This document shows, in pieces, positions 19,913-34,734 of a stretch of DNA of 64,000 nt. The notes under the pieces are model-generated. The model made no database searches. It was not told the origin of the DNA and saw nothing but the letters and a program-made list of their open reading frames with translations. The stretch's first letter is position 1; each line of letters begins with the position of its first letter. The DNA lies in NCBI RefSeq assembly GCF_009914755.1, contig NC_060937.1; one strand, written 5' to 3'. The position numbers and the translations under genes are program-made. This DNA is from the human T2T-CHM13v2.0 reference genome, Homo sapiens.

Positions 19913-20743
19913 GGCTCCAGAAGACTTGATCTTCTGCCACCATTAGAGCAGCCAGAAGCCAAGACTGATACACACGAAGAAGGAACTGGGCCCAACCCCA
20001 GTTATCCTGATCAAAATTTCCAGTATAAAAAGAAATCTGGCTCTTGAATGTTTTGTTTTTGGTTTTGATTATTTTGAAAAGGATTGTGCCTGTCACCAGT
20101 CTTACTTCCAAGGCACTGCCCAATAATGTACAATCCAGAGAACTAATAATGGATTGGGTTCCAAAGTATCTATTTTATTAATCTGGGGAATATCCTCATA
20201 ACCTCCAAAAGAAGACTTCTGAGAAAAACGTAGAAGACATGGCTTGAGACCTAGAGTTGCACTGGGGCTTCCTACTTTCTTCCATACCAAATGGAAAACC
20301 CCGATGCTCATAGGGCAGGCATGGTCTATCATCCAGGGACAATGGCTGCCAGCATAGTTGTATAAGGATCGCATGGACACACTGTGCTTTCCACATGGGG
20401 CAAGGCAACATGGGAGAACCCAACTTTCCCACCAGGAAGGTACATGCTTTGGGTTATTTTTCCAGAAAGGAATGAATATGAGTTATGGCTAATCCATCTC
20501 CACTCTCTTCCCTGACACCTCTATGGGCAAGGACATTGGCAGGATAAATGCTAGGACCATGGCTACAATCGATGATCATGGGACAAAAGCCCAGAGAAGC
20601 CCACTGCTTGATCACCTTGAATTACAGGAACAGCAATTACAGGTTTTGAGACTGTATTTAAGCCCCCTTTATTGCATGTAAATATTTGAAAACAAAATCT
20701 TTTCAGTTTTAAATTCAAATTTCCTCTTTTTGCTTGAAGGTGA

Positions 20744-21176
20744 TGTATTGGTCAGGGTTTTCAGAGAAATAGAACCAATAGGATGTGACTGATTGATTAT
20801 TTGTTATAAGGAATTGGTCCACAGGATGATTATAAATGTTGTTAAGTCTCAAGATCTGCAGAGTGAGTCAGCAAGCTGGAGATCTAGGAGAACTGATGGT
20901 TTAATTCCAATGTAAATCCAAAAGTCTAAGAGCTGCCAGCCAAGAGGAGTTCTCTCTTACTTGGGGGAGGGTCAGCCTTTTTGTTCTATTCAGGTCTTTA
21001 AATCATTGGATGAGACCCACCTCCATGAGGTAAGCCAATCTGCTTTACTGGCTCTACCAATTTAAACGTTAATCTCATCCAGAAACACCCTCACAGACAC
21101 ACCCTGAGTAGTGTTTGGCCAAATATCTGGGCACCCTCTGACCCAGTCAAGTTGACAAATAAAATTAACTCTCTCA
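20744..21176 (-). mobile_element. MLT2 (ERVL) solo LTR
   Basis: tgtattggtcagggttttcagagaaatagaaccaatagga ... gacccagtcaagttgacaaataaaattaac. Confidence 0.9.
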
Positions 21177-22092
21177 GGTAATAATATTTACAAGTCAAAT
21201 CTCTCATCTGAGAGTCATAAATACTATGGTTCCACTAGCCCTGCCAATTGCTTTCCATACCTCTTGAAAGGAGTTGCTTACTATTCATGTTTTCTTATTG
21301 CAAAATTGAGAAGAAACAACTTGATTACCTACCTCTTAAGTTATTAGATTATCAAAGTACTTTTTCCTATTTTAATTACAGAGGAAGTGTTACATTTACA
21401 CTTTCTTACTTTTTCACTCTGCTAAGCCTCATTCTTTGAAAGAACACCTCTCGCAGGAACTGATGACTGAGTATTCAAGCTGTTCTTGTACTTGCAGCCC
21501 TGGATAATATTTTGATGAAAGAACCTGCAAGCACATCAAGTTACTTCCCAGAGCTTCATCAAAATTCTGGATATAATAATGCTATTTTCAATGGGCTCTC
21601 AAGAAGTGATAATTAGCTTTCATTAAACATAATAAATATTAATGCAAGTCAGAAACAAAGTACAGACAGAATTGGACTAAACACATTCATAATGCAAGCA
21701 TTCAGTCTGTGGACTGTATGGAGCTTCCTGGGAATGATAAGTGCTCTAAGAAAACACCGAGACTCTCTGGTTTTCACAGCGAAGGTTGTGCTAGCACTAA
21801 AGACTGAAATAAAATTAATGTAAAAGTGCATTCTCAGATTTTCCCTGAGCTTTAAATTCAAAACGAATTGAGGTGTGACTGATGTAATTTTTAAAACTTC
21901 AACTTCTTTAGCACTATGCCCTATTTTTAAAATTGAATAAAAACAAATATAGTCTATAACATGGTATCAGAGATTCACATCAAAGAATACCAAATGTCTA
22001 GGGACTTAAATGGCATTTATTACACATTAGGATGGGGATAGGTGAATATTAGAATTAGATGACGGTTCAGCAAGACTCTCATTAAAGTTAAA

Positions 22093-22096
<4 letters not shown>

Positions 22097-22125
<29 letters not shown>

Positions 22126-22403
22126 GAGACGGAGTCTCGCTTTGTTGCCCAGGCTGGAGTGCAGTGGCACGATCTTGGCTCACGCAAGCTCCGCCTCCCG
22201 GGTTTACTTACGCCATTTTCCTGCTTCAGCGTCCCGAGTAGCTGGGACTACAGGTACCCGCCACCAAGCCCGGCTAATTTTTTGTATTTTTAGTAGAGAC
22301 GGGGTTTCACTGTGTTAGCCAGGATGGTCTCCATCTCCTGACCTCGTGGTCCACCCTCCTTGGCCTCCTCTGGAATTAGAGGCGTGAGCCACGGCGCCCG
22401 GCC
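22097..22403 (-). mobile_element. AluY
   Basis: gcaagctccgcctcccggg, cgccatt, gtgttagccaggatggtct; many CpGs retained; TSD aaaaagatttt. Confidence 0.95.
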
Positions 22404-22434
22404 AAAAAGATTTTTTTTTAAAATTTAAACCGAA

Positions 22435-23155
22435 ATTAGTTACAATTGCATACTAGAAAGGCTAAAATGAAAATAACTGACCACATCGAGTATTGGTGAG
22501 GAGTTCTGGGAGTGGAGCTCTCATATACTGCTCATTGGGATTTAAAATGTTATAACCACTTTTGAAAACAGCTTGGGGTTTCTTTAAAAAATTGAATACC
22601 TACCATATGACACTGTTTCAGCAATTTCACTCCTGGGTATTTACCTAAGAGGATTAAAAACATGTATATACAAAGAGATATCTACACAAATGCTCGTAAC
22701 AGCTCTCTTTAGCTGTTATTCATAATGGCAAAAAATTGAAAACAACCTAAATATTTATCAACAGATGAATTGCTAAACGAATTGTGATACAGCCACACAA
22801 TGGACTACTGCTCAGCAATAAAAAGGAATGAACTATTGATATGCCCAACAACGTAGATGAACCTCAAAACCGTTATGGTAAGTGACTGAATCCAGACACA
22901 GAAGAATGCATACTGTGTTATTATATTTATATAAAATTCTAGAATAAGCAAAACTAATCTATATTGCCAGAAAGAAGATCAGTGTTTGCTTGGAGCTATG
23001 GATATGGATGTTGGCTGCAAACAGAAGGGAATGTTTTAGGGTGATGGAAATGTTCTATATCTTTTGTGGTGGCAGTTACCTAAGTGTATATTTGTTAAAG
23101 CTTTGCACTTAAAATGAGTGGGTTTTATTATATGCAAATTATATCTCATTACTGT
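22435..23155 (+). mobile_element. L1MD/ME 3' region
   Basis: cagcaatttcactcctgggtatttacctaagag, gcaataaaaaggaatgaactattgata, ggtgatggaaatgttctatatctt. Confidence 0.85.
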
Positions 23156-23169
23156 TGATTTGTTTTCTG

Positions 23170-23975
23170 TAAATGGGCTAATGACTTTAATAGCCACTTA
23201 ACAAAAGGGAATATCCAAATGTCCAATACATATAAAAATATGTTCAATGCCATTATTCATCAGGGAAATGCAAACTAAAATTACAATGAGATGCCGCTAT
23301 TCACCCACCAAAATGGCCAGAATTTAAGTGCCTGACAAGTTTTGGCAAGGATGTGGAACAACTGGTGGGACTCCTAAAATGGCACAACTACTTTGAAAAT
23401 CTGTTTGAAATTTTCCATCAAGACTAAACATTGCCTGTCTTATAAACCAGCTATTTTACCACTAGGTATATACGCAGAGAAAAAAGGGTTGTGTTCACCA
23501 AAAGGCAGATACAAGAATGTTTACTGTAGTTTTATTTGTAATAACAAAAAACTGAAAATAATCCAACTGCAAGTCCACAGAAGAATGAATAAGTAAGTTG
23601 TGGTATATTCATACAATGAAATACTACATAGTAATACCAATGGGTAAAATGGATATGCATAGCAACAGGGATGAATCTCATAGATATTATGTTAAGCAGA
23701 AGAACCAGACACCAAAAATCCTGTATGATTCTCTTTAGTTTAAGAATTGGCAAAACTAACCAATAATAATAGAAATCAGAATAGTGGTTACCTTTGGAGG
23801 GCTATAGTCTGGAAAGAGACACAAAAAACCCTTCTGGGATGCTGGAAGAGTTCTGTATCTTTGCTCTGGGTACAGTTATATAACTGTATGCATATGTAAA
23901 AAATCATTGTACTGTACATTTAACATCAATGCATTTTACACACTACCATATGCATGTTATACATCAATTTTTAAT
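23170..23975 (+). mobile_element. Second L1ME 3' region
   Basis: catcagggaaatgcaaactaaaa, ggcaaaactaac...gaaatcagaatagtggttacctttgg. Confidence 0.85.
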
Positions 23976-25177
23976 AATCCACTGGGACATGTCTTCTGCT
24001 GAAACAAGAGTCAAGACACCATGGTGACTGCAGCAAAGATAAAACACCAGGTTTGTTAATACGGGACTCCTTTTTACTAAAAAAACACACAGTACACAAG
24101 AATGTACAAGTTCTTTCTTTTCTTTAATGAAACAAAAGTTTTATCTCAAATTTAGGTGGAAACATTCTGAAATAATATTTGGACTCCAGAAGTCCTTTGC
24201 AGTGACCAAAGTTGTTAGTGACTTTTTATTAAAACCATCTTGCCCCACTTATGTTCCTACAACATCCTTTCTTTCTCTGATTTCCTTGGTAGGTTGAAAA
24301 TATTTTCTTCAAGGTGACTGGCACCTTGCCTTGAAATAACGGGCTTCTCTCAAGGGAGGTGAAAGATCATTTTGTAAGCAAAAGCTGACAGATGTGAATA
24401 GCAATTTTAACCTAGAAAAAGATCATGGATATCAGGGAATTCAATCTCCGGTCCTGCTAAAGAGCTGACAGAGCCTGGGGAAGGAATGCAGATTAAGAGA
24501 GAACAGATTTCTGCCCATCAAGAAACCAAAGCAAGGGAGCATGAATATTGATTCTGGCCCCACTTTCTCCCTACCGAGGGCAATGCAGACACAGTGCAAC
24601 TCATAAAGCAGTGCTGGGATCCAGCCCAACCTCAAGCTGCTGCTGGATTATAAACAGCTCATCCAACCAAAATCTAGACATTTTCTTCACTTCCATATTT
24701 CATACTGTGTTTCCAAGGAGAGAACCCATTTCTCAAATTTGTTTATAGGCCCTATTCTAAGAACTCTTAAGTTGGAGCCCAAGCAAGTAAAGGTCTGCCA
24801 CATACTAAGGGCTCAATAAAAGAAAAAAATGTAAACAGGGCAGAATCTGAGACACTCCGTTTTGTGAGTGGAGAATGGTGGGTGGAAGTGATCAGAGGAG
24901 AGATAAAGGGATAGGGGGCAGAGTAGAGTTGTGGGCTGCTGAGGAAATGCACTATGAGAACATTTTAAGAGCCTTTTGAGGAATATCTAATGTCCTTAAA
25001 GAAAATGGCAGATCTCATGAATTAGGATTTTGTTTTCTGCTTCTGAAGAAATGTACAATCTAATCACCTATTTGATTACCAATGACAGACATTCATTTTT
25101 AGAGATGCCTGCTGAATGAAAGCCGGGGCTCTAATAGCACATGGTGAGTGTTTCCAGTCATGATGATGAGTTATTAG

Positions 25178-25501
<324 letters not shown>

Positions 25502-26169
25502 TGATTCTGCATCAAAAAGGAAGAAATCATAGTTGAAGATATTTACCATTAGAGAAATAAGTGGTCTCTTTGACTTCTTGCAAGAGATGAGCAAAAACTG
25601 CATTTGTTATTCCTCATATTTAAGCAGCCAGAGTTATTCAGAGAGTAAAAGGGCTATCTATGTGAGCAACCTGTTTCCTACCCTGGAGGAACTGATATTC
25701 ACGAAGCAAGATTTGCTCTGTGCTAGTGATTTCAAGAGAAAAAAATATATATTTATCTAATACTTTTCATGACCATTTCTTTTAGCAGTCCTCACTCTTG
25801 GGAATAGTTTTAATTCTAAGAGTTTCTTTCTTTAATAAGAACATTATGAAGTGCAATACTTTGAATGAAGGGGGAACAGAATCTGGTTGTATTTATGTTA
25901 GATACAGGAATGAAATAGCCTTTTCCTCATGAAATAGATTTGTTTGTAGCTGAAAATAGGCAGCAAGAAGGAAGCTCTTGGTGGGTACAGAAATTACTGG
26001 TGGGCCAATGGGGAGGGCAAATGAGAACCACTGATGATTCTGCTCATTTGAAACCAGGTTCCTCTCTAGCCCAGAATCTGAGTGTAGAATAAAGTCTCCG
26101 AAGGGATATCTCGGGGATATTTCTGATTATCCTTGTTTTCTGTAAAGAAATCCCCTACCGGCAGTCATT

Positions 26170-26930
26170 TACACTAAAGTGAAAGCTTCAGAGCTTCCTC
26201 TGAAAGCCCATGATTTCCTTCCTTATAAGCTGAAATCTGCTTGCCCTTTGCTTTCTCTCTTTGGAACAGCACTGAGCAAATCTTGTCTTTTTTTGTATAT
26301 CAATGATTACCCCTTAAACATTCAAAGACAGCTAATGTGTATCCCCTTCAAACTTCTACAGGCCAAAGTCCCCTGGTTCTTTAAATGGTCCCTTGAAATA
26401 CAACTTCTTCCCTTCTTAGCCAACTTGCCTTGGAGGCTCTCAACTTGTTAGTCTCCGTCCTAACTAGGGTGTCCAAAGTTGCAAGCAGTATTTCAGGTGT
26501 GATCAGACCAGTGCAAAACTCAGTAAGATTATTATTTTCTGTGATTTGGACACCACCATCCTATTAATGCAATCAAGATTTTTTAATTTTAACAACTATA
26601 TTAAATTGTTGGCTTAAGTTATGGCCAAGCAAAACCCTCATATCTTTTTTTGCATAAACTGCTGCCAAACCACATCTCCTCATTCTGTACTTAGGCTGTT
26701 GAGCTTTTAAAGGTAAATACAGAAAAGAATATTTGGTTTTTGCTTATCATTTCAACCTGTCAAGACTATTTTGAATCTTGATTTTATCATCAATCAGATT
26801 CACTTTTTCTTCCAGCTTTCTGTCATCTCCAAGCTTGCAAAACATGTTTTCTATGTCTTTATCAAGTCACTGAAAAAAATGTCTAATAGGACAGAGCTCT
26901 GTAGCTTGCCTCTAGAGATTGCCCTCCAAC
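26170..26930 (-). mobile_element. L3/CR1 LINE fragment
   Basis: cagtatttcaggtgtgatcagaccagtgca, ctattaatgcaatcaagatt, aacctgtcaagactattttgaatcttgatt, ccagctttctgtcatct. Confidence 0.85.
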
Positions 26931-26992
26931 TTCATGAGCTTTTCCACCAAATGTTTCTAAGCAGCTACTATGTACCAGAACCATCTCAAGGA

Positions 26993-27410
<418 letters not shown>

Positions 27411-27659
27411 TTAATAGATTCCACAGTGCTAGTAATATTTTTAGGGTGAAGATTTTTAAGCATAATTATATGAAACTTTGATGTTTTTCCATTACTTCAT
27501 ACATTAGAATATCCTGAGACTTGGTCAAACATCTAACCAATCCAGGGTGCACCAGGTCTCTCGCAGACTCCTATACTTAGAACATTACCAAAACAGAAAG
27601 TAAAGCTAGTTTGACCAAACTTATTATATCTTGGTAAAACTGCATCTACCATTGGTGAT

Positions 27660-28120
27660 TGTGGAGACAAAAGTAACTCCATCTTGGATGCTAATCTACC
27701 ATGTTGACTTCTGATTTACCCACTCCAGGAAATGCCTCCTAGTTCCTACTGTATTTACTGTCCTTAGTGTAAGAATATGTACTCACCATACATCCTGCCG
27801 TTAGACCAAAGCAACCCTGATGTTATTGTACAAATTACAGGGCTTGGCACACATAGCATTCTTTCCTTTTCTGGCAGGTTGTCTTTAATTGTCCTGCTGG
27901 AGCATGTGTACCCTTTCGCTATGGTATATAACCCTTGGGTCTGGGGTAGCAGTGCAGAGATCTACCTGTCTTGCAGCTGCCCAAAACCATGCTTCCATTG
28001 GTAAGTCCCCCCAGTGAGCCACTCTACACTTACAAACTAAATTTTTCTGACTTGTTCTTTGGTTTCTTGGCTCCTTTTGCATGTGAGGGTCTCTTTTCAT
28101 GAAGGCCGTTTCACAGAACA
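27660..28120 (+). mobile_element. Solo LTR, LTR47-like (ERVL)
   Basis: TG...CA termini (tgtggagacaaaagtaactccatcttggatgc ... cagaaca), perfect 5-bp TSD gtgat, TATA-like ggtatataac near 27925. Confidence 0.85.
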
Positions 28121-28154
28121 GTGATGATTACATTCTTTTACGAATGGGGCAGCA

Positions 28155-28310
28155 AGTAAAGTCCAAGATTTAAATCCTGGTTCTAGCTTCTATTAACTGT
28201 GTGACCTTGAACAAGTACTTATTTTTCTCTGACGCAGTTTTTGCATTGTGATAAGAAAAATGCATACGTTACAGGATTATTATGAGGATCAAATTGGATA
28301 AATATGTAAA
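28155..28310 (+). mobile_element. MIR
   Basis: aaatcctggttct...aactgtgtgaccttgaacaagt...atgaggatcaaattggataa. Confidence 0.8.
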
Positions 28311-29039
28311 TTATTATAAAATTAGTTTCCTTACTCCTGAAAGTCTATATGCCATTTGACCATCCCTTCAATAATTTTTCCAGACCTCAAGCTTGTTAGT
28401 CTGTATTCTGAATTCAACCTCTTCATCTTTTGCAAAGTAAGATAACATTTCTCCAGCTCCAGTGTCTAGGCCCTTGCCCATTCTCCTTGATTTCGCCATC
28501 AGGTCTTGGAATACTGACATCACATCTATGGTTCCTTCAGAGCCCTGGGATATTCTTTGTCTGACTATAGAAATGGGAAGGAATGCTTCTTTTAAGCAAC
28601 CAAGTTCTTTTCTACAACCCTCACCCCTCCATTATGTTGAACTACAATTTTCTTATGGGATATGCTTCCAATCTGAATTCCCCTTTGCCCTCTGGAGACC
28701 ATGAAGGTGAAAACAGGAAGTGAGTGTGTTTCTGCCTTCCTTTGGAAATTGACTAACTCAGATTAACCATGATAATTCTAAAAGCTTATGGATCCCTTTA
28801 CCTTGTTTAATCTGAAAGCCAGTGGATCTATACTTGTGGATTTGATTTCCAGCTATTTGTCAGGGAGTAAAGCCCCACAGTTGGCCAAACCCAGTGCTTC
28901 TCAAAAGTATGGTTGAGAGAAACAGTATTTGTAATGGATTACCTGAATGGTATGCAATCCATCCATTCCTCTGTACTTCTTTCCATCTCCCTGCCCGTCT
29001 CCCAAATTTTGTTTCTATTGTATTTCACCTTGTTCAGGT

Positions 29040-30020
29040 TGATAATATTTACATTCTGCTTAGAAACATAATTCCCATAGTTGTTGAGTAATCATTCAAT
29101 AATTAATCAAATTCAGTGCTCATCGCCAGCTCCTTCCCTCCATGGTCTCTCCATCCCTGAGTTCTTCATTTTGAGTCTTTTCATTGTGTGGATTTCTTAA
29201 CAAGTTGTTTTTACAAGAAAAGCCTCTGTGTGCTAAGTTCTGAGCTCTTTGTCTCTGGGAAGGTATGCTTGGTTCTTTTATACTTAAATGACATATTCAC
29301 TTGCTATCATACTCTTTGGTCACACCAGTTTCAACATGTCTTAATATAAACCATTTCACTGTCTTCCCTGTGACAAAGTCTAAGGCCAGCCTAAATAATC
29401 TCACCTTATAGGGTGATTTCTTCCTTCCCGAATCCAGATATTAAGAATCTTTTCTTTATCCTTGAAATTTAGTAGCTTGACTACAATATGTATCACTGTT
29501 GAACATTCTATATAAAAATTTTCCAGAACCTAGTAATCTTTCAGTCTGTAAATTTTTCATTTGGGGAAGTTATCTTGTATTTTATCTCTGAACACATTTT
29601 TGTTCCATTTTGGGTGCTCTCTAATTCAAGGTTACAACTGTCTTTATGTAAGATCCTTTTGTCTGTCTTCCATATCTACTAGCTTCTTTCTACTTATTTG
29701 ACTCTGTATTTTTCATCTTAATTTACTGCGATAATCTCAAGCCTTCCTCTGTTGTTAGAATTTGACTTTAATGAAGTCTTTTCTCTTCTTTGCTGTTTTA
29801 ATTTCATTTATTAGTCATTTTAATACTGTATATTTTTTCCTTAGTTTTACGATCTCTTCTTTTATCTCATTCAGTTGCTTTAACAATCTTATCTTTCAGA
29901 ACAATCTTATCTTTCAGTTCTTATTTTATTAAATATGTTTTCATTAAGTTATTATACAGCATGAGGCAATTGGTTATATTTCCTTCTGTTTCTTGACTTA
30001 ACATTTTCTTCTATAAGTCT
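29040..30020 (-). mobile_element. Very old L1M/L1ME fragment
   Basis: T-rich; aagtctaaggccagcct, tttttctttatccttgaaatttagtagcttgactacaatatgt. Confidence 0.6.
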
Positions 30021-30025
30021 TTTGG

Positions 30026-30026
<1 letters not shown>

Positions 30027-30059
<33 letters not shown>
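30027..30059. repeat. (TG)n microsatellite, ~16 units
   Basis: Seen directly. Confidence 0.97.
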
Positions 30060-30062
<3 letters not shown>

Positions 30063-31834
30063 CATACATTGTAGCAATTGACATGGCAATTTTGCATATT
30101 TGCTTTGCTGTTCCTTTTCATCCAGCTCCTTATAGAGTGATTCTGTCTAGGCATTTTATTGTTCTTGTCTCACTTTAAACTTAACCCAAGACTGGAATGT
30201 TTTCTATCTCCAGCCTAGTTGAGGGCTTAATACATTATGTTCTCATTATTTTCCTATAGCCTGAGGAGATGGTGGAAAGAGAAACTATGGTCTGTACTCT
30301 CCTTTGAAATTTATTTAGAAGTCCTATACCAGAGTTTGCTCCACCTGATCTGAGGATATATCTGATTTCCAAGGAGGATGTCCTCAGTCTTTTCATCCTC
30401 TGAGGCCCCAATGCCTTCCTTTCCATTAGAGTCAGCTTTATATACCTTTTTTCCTGTTTATCTTTAGCTAGTACTTCTATCATTCATCATTCAAGACACG
30501 GAAGAGAAAAGGATGTACCCTCATTTTGCATCTCTCCAGATTTGGGGGGATTCCTGTGTAATCTTAGAATTTTGTCAACCTTTCAACACAATCTGGAAAA
30601 AAGGGCAAGTTAGGAACTTAGCTGTGGTGGCTTTCCCCATTCTGCTCCAAAATCTTTTATATCTTTCCTAAGCTGCCAGATTTTAAAGTATATTACATTA
30701 GGTTTTCCCCTATTCCTTGGATATTGGAATTTTGTTGTTAGATTTTACTATATTTTGCTTATTTTGTTAGCTATTGGGGGAGTAAAAATTTGGGGTGTCA
30801 TTTCAACCTTGTATTTACTTTGAAAGCTCTCAATGCTGTCTTTGTGAAGATGCACAGCAGAAATTTATCGCTAGTCTTAGGACACTGACAGTGGCACTTC
30901 CAAGCAAAGGGTCTGTCTTATCTCATGGGTTCTGAGAACCGAGTAATCGATTATGCTTGTCATTTAGAAACTAATTTGACGCCCATTTCTAGCAAAGTGA
31001 ATAGGATCATAGCATAAGTATTTTGGTACTTTCTATATGCCTAGCTTCATCGTATATATCTTATCCTGATTTCCCTTTATTTTCTCACTTTTAAAAAGAT
31101 CTTTCTTTACTATCTTCTTAAGTTATTTGAGATCTTTTATGGAAGAAGGTGAGGTACAAGTATATAAATAAACAGTTGCACCAACAATTCTTTCCCCTTC
31201 TCCCGCAAGGTGACAGATCCATTTCCCTGTTGTAGTTTTGACATGGCTTAAAAACAAATGCTTTGTTGCTAACATCAGCATCCTTTGAGAGCCAGGGCTG
31301 TGTTAGCTATCCTGACATTATTCTTAAGGTCGATGCCAAATTGTGTTTGTTCTTGGTTATGTGCCCTTCCTTCCATCTGCATTGAAATAGAATTTGCTTC
31401 TGCTTTTCTTGAAATATCTGGTTCTCTTTACATCCCAATATGGCTTAAAGATCCATGGCCAGCTCAGGCATAGAGTGGATAAGACACCTGGCTATTGATA
31501 AGCTATCTAAAACTAATCGGTAGCACAAAATTTTGAGACTTATAGTTATTGGGCTTGGAGAAGAAAAGCTGTTTGATATACCACTGAAACCTAATAAACA
31601 GGAGCAGGAAAAAAGTATTTTAAAATTATATTCCTTGCTTTGTCTTTTAAAAATAAAATAAAACATTGAATCAATAAGATCAAAGAGATTCTTCTTTTTA
31701 ACCCCACCCCAATGCCAATCCTATCCTTGCTTCAGACTCCCATTATCATAAATTTTATGTATTTATTTGAGTCAATATTTAACAGTTTTATATAATTAAA
31801 TGTGTCCCTAAATAATATCCAAACACATACTAGG

Positions 31835-32478
31835 CTTTCCCTTCGGTTACTATGGATGAATTACTGTGCTCTTATCTAAGGCCAGGCCTCATCTTGAGCA
31901 CTGGATCCACCCATCTGTGCTGCATTAAGAATCCAGTAATGAATCCTTTGTCTTTCCTGTATCATCAAATTTTCCCTCTCTATTGGATTGTTCCCTATGG
32001 TATTCAAATGTGCTTACATTTCTATCTTAAAACACACTCCTCCACCCATCTCTCTTCCCTAGCTCTGACTACATTCCTCTGTTCTCATTTACAGCTCCTT
32101 AAGCTGGGTATACACGTTGGTCTCTGAGTCCTCTTCCACTTTCTCATGTACCCATTTTAGGTTTTCATCCTCACAATTCCACCAAACAGCTCTCATCAAT
32201 GGCAGCTCTTTGTTGCCAGATCCAGTCATCAATTTCCAGTCTTCATTTTACTTACTTGATTTGAATAATTCACAATGTGAATCACTTTTTCCTTCCTGAA
32301 TACCTTCTTCATTTGGCTTCCTAAATATCCCTCACTCTTGGTTCTGTTCTTGCTTAACTGTCTGCTCTTTCTGGGTCTCTCCAACTCTAAAATTGGAATG
32401 CCTAGGGCTCATTTTCTTTTCTTCTTTCTCTACACTCATTCTCTAAGTGATCCCACAATTTCATGGCTTCACAGCCAT
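31835..32478 (+). mobile_element. L2 (continues briefly after the THE1 LTR)
   Basis: ccaaacagctctcatcaa, ccagtcatcaatttccagtcttcattttactt, ccttcttcatttggcttcc, ctacactcattctctaagtgatc. Confidence 0.85.
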
Positions 32479-32842
32479 TGGTATTAGTCCATTTTCATGC
32501 TGCTATGAAGAAATACCAAAGACTGGGCAATTTATAAAGAAAAAGAGATTTAATGGTCTCACAGTTCCACATGGCTGGGGAGGCCTCACAATTATGGCAG
32601 AAGGCAAAGGAGGAGAAAAGGCATGTCTTACATGGCAGCAGGCAAGTGAAAGTGTGCAGGGGAACTGCCCTTTATAAAACCATCAGATCTCCTGAGACTT
32701 ATTCACTATCATGAGAAAAGCATAGGAAAAACCTGGCCCCATGATTCTATTACCTTTCACTGGGACCCTCCCATGATACGTAGGAATTATGGGAGCTACA
32801 GTTCAAGATGAGACTTGGGTGGAGACACAGCCAAACCGTCTA
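32479..32842 (-). mobile_element. THE1C-like MaLR solo LTR
   Basis: gtattagtccattttcatgctgct...cacagttccacatggctggggaggcctcacaat...gacacagccaaacc. Confidence 0.93.
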
Positions 32843-32959
32843 TACCCAGACAACTCCCAAAATTTGTATGTAACTATCCATCTTCATTTTTTTTTCCTAG
32901 AAGCAAAAAAAAAAATCTCCTTTCGAAACATTGAAGCCCACCAGATATCTAACTAATTT

Positions 32960-34560
32960 CTTCTTCTGGAAGGTATTTATTTTTTCATTGTCTGTCTTTT
33001 TATTCTGATTGCATTTTTCCCTAAGTCAACCACATCTTTTCATCCCAAGATCTCCTTTCATCTCCCTCCTTGGTTGGATTTCTTGTTTCATAGGCCACAA
33101 AGATTTTACTTTCTTGTTTCATTCTCTCACTTCCACAGAGCATATTCCCCAAATGCATTCTTAGAAGCAGGCAAAGGAGATAAAGTGTTTGGTATTTCTG
33201 CATGTCTGAATATGCCTCCATTCTAACATTACCTTGTTTGAATGTTTGGCTTGGTATAGATTCTAATTTAAACATTGATTACCCCAGAATGTTTAAAAAA
33301 TTTCTTATTTGTTAAAGTGTTCCAGTGTTGCTGTTTTCCTTTGTATATGACCTTTTTTTTTTCCTTTTGGAAGTTTCTCCTTAAGCCCAGGGCTGAAATT
33401 TTATGATGCTATGTCTTGGGGTGGATCTTCATTCTGCCATGCTGGGCTCTATCAGTCTGAGGACATCTAGATCTAGATCTTTTCTTTAATTATTTCTATA
33501 ATAATTTCCTCCTCATCCATTTTTTCCTTCTATTTCTGGAATCACTGTTAAGCAGATGTTAGACTTTCTGGATTGGCCTTGACTTGTATTTTTCCATTTT
33601 TAAAATCTATTATTTATCTACTTTTGACCTTCTGTGAGATTTCCTCTTTTTTATCTTTCAAACCTTCTATTTAACTTCTCATTTCTGTTATCACAGTCTT
33701 AAGTTTTCAAGTGCTCTTTTTTGTTCCCCAAATATACTTTTATTAAAGCGTTTTGATTCTGCTTTGTGGTTTCAATAATTTTATTTAGTTGGTGATTTTT
33801 GTTTGTGGATTTCTTCTACAATCTTGCCTCTGTCTTCTTTAATTTCCTTTTCTAGTTTTTGTCAAGTACTGTGGTGAAGAGAGGAGAAAATAATTTCTGT
33901 TTTTCATGCTGGAAACTTTCTTTGGCTAGTGGTCATTGGCTCTCTGGTCATTTTTAAGATTGGGGTCTCAAAGCTGATTGGAACCTTTGAATAAATGGGT
34001 AAGTGTGCAGGTGATTTGGTGAGGCTATTTCACTCTGGGAAACACCAGAGTTGGTACCTTTAGATCTTTTTCTTAGCAAGTCAGAACCTCTAGGGAATAA
34101 CTTTCCAGTTTCTGCTTTGAAGGTATAAACCTGGTTGCTAGAAGCAGAGGAGGGAAGGAACTGCTCACATTGCAGAGTGTCAACTTTTACTTATTCTCAT
34201 TTCCAGTTTTGTATCTTTTCCTTCCATGTGTCTTGTGCCCCTTAGTTGGGAGACCTTTTGGTTCACCTTCTCTAGAGGGCTAAACCTCTAGTCTTCTGCC
34301 AGGATGAAGAAGAAGCCTTCTCACGCTACTAACAGGAAATAAATTATGAGGATCTACTTGTTCCTGAAATAGAGTTTTAATCAGTACCATATTTTGGCTC
34401 TTAACTTTCCCTCTGCTTTTGGTATCTGGTACTACCAAATCCTGAGCCTTCCTGTGACATCAAAATATAGTTGCTGTGTTCTCTCCTTCTTTTTCTGAAC
34501 TTGTGAGGTTTCTACATTTTTTTATTCTTAAAATGTTATTTTAGTGAGGTTTAGAGAGGT
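32960..34560 (-). mobile_element. Very old L1M (ORF1/5' region)
   Basis: T-rich; ttctgcatgtctgaatatgcc, tttggcttggtatagattcta, tttctggaatcactgttaagcagatgttagactttctggatt. Confidence 0.65.
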
Positions 34561-34734
34561 AGTGGAAGTAAACATGTACCTTTACTCTGTTGTCTTAGCT
34601 TATTGCTTAATTTTAATGATGGCCTCTCATATATAGGTGTCTGTAATTTTGATATTGAAAAAGGTTTAATATTTTTGTTTATGAATTGTCTTGCTGAAGA
34701 ATTCCTCCCCATCTCAAATGTGTAAAGATTTTGC

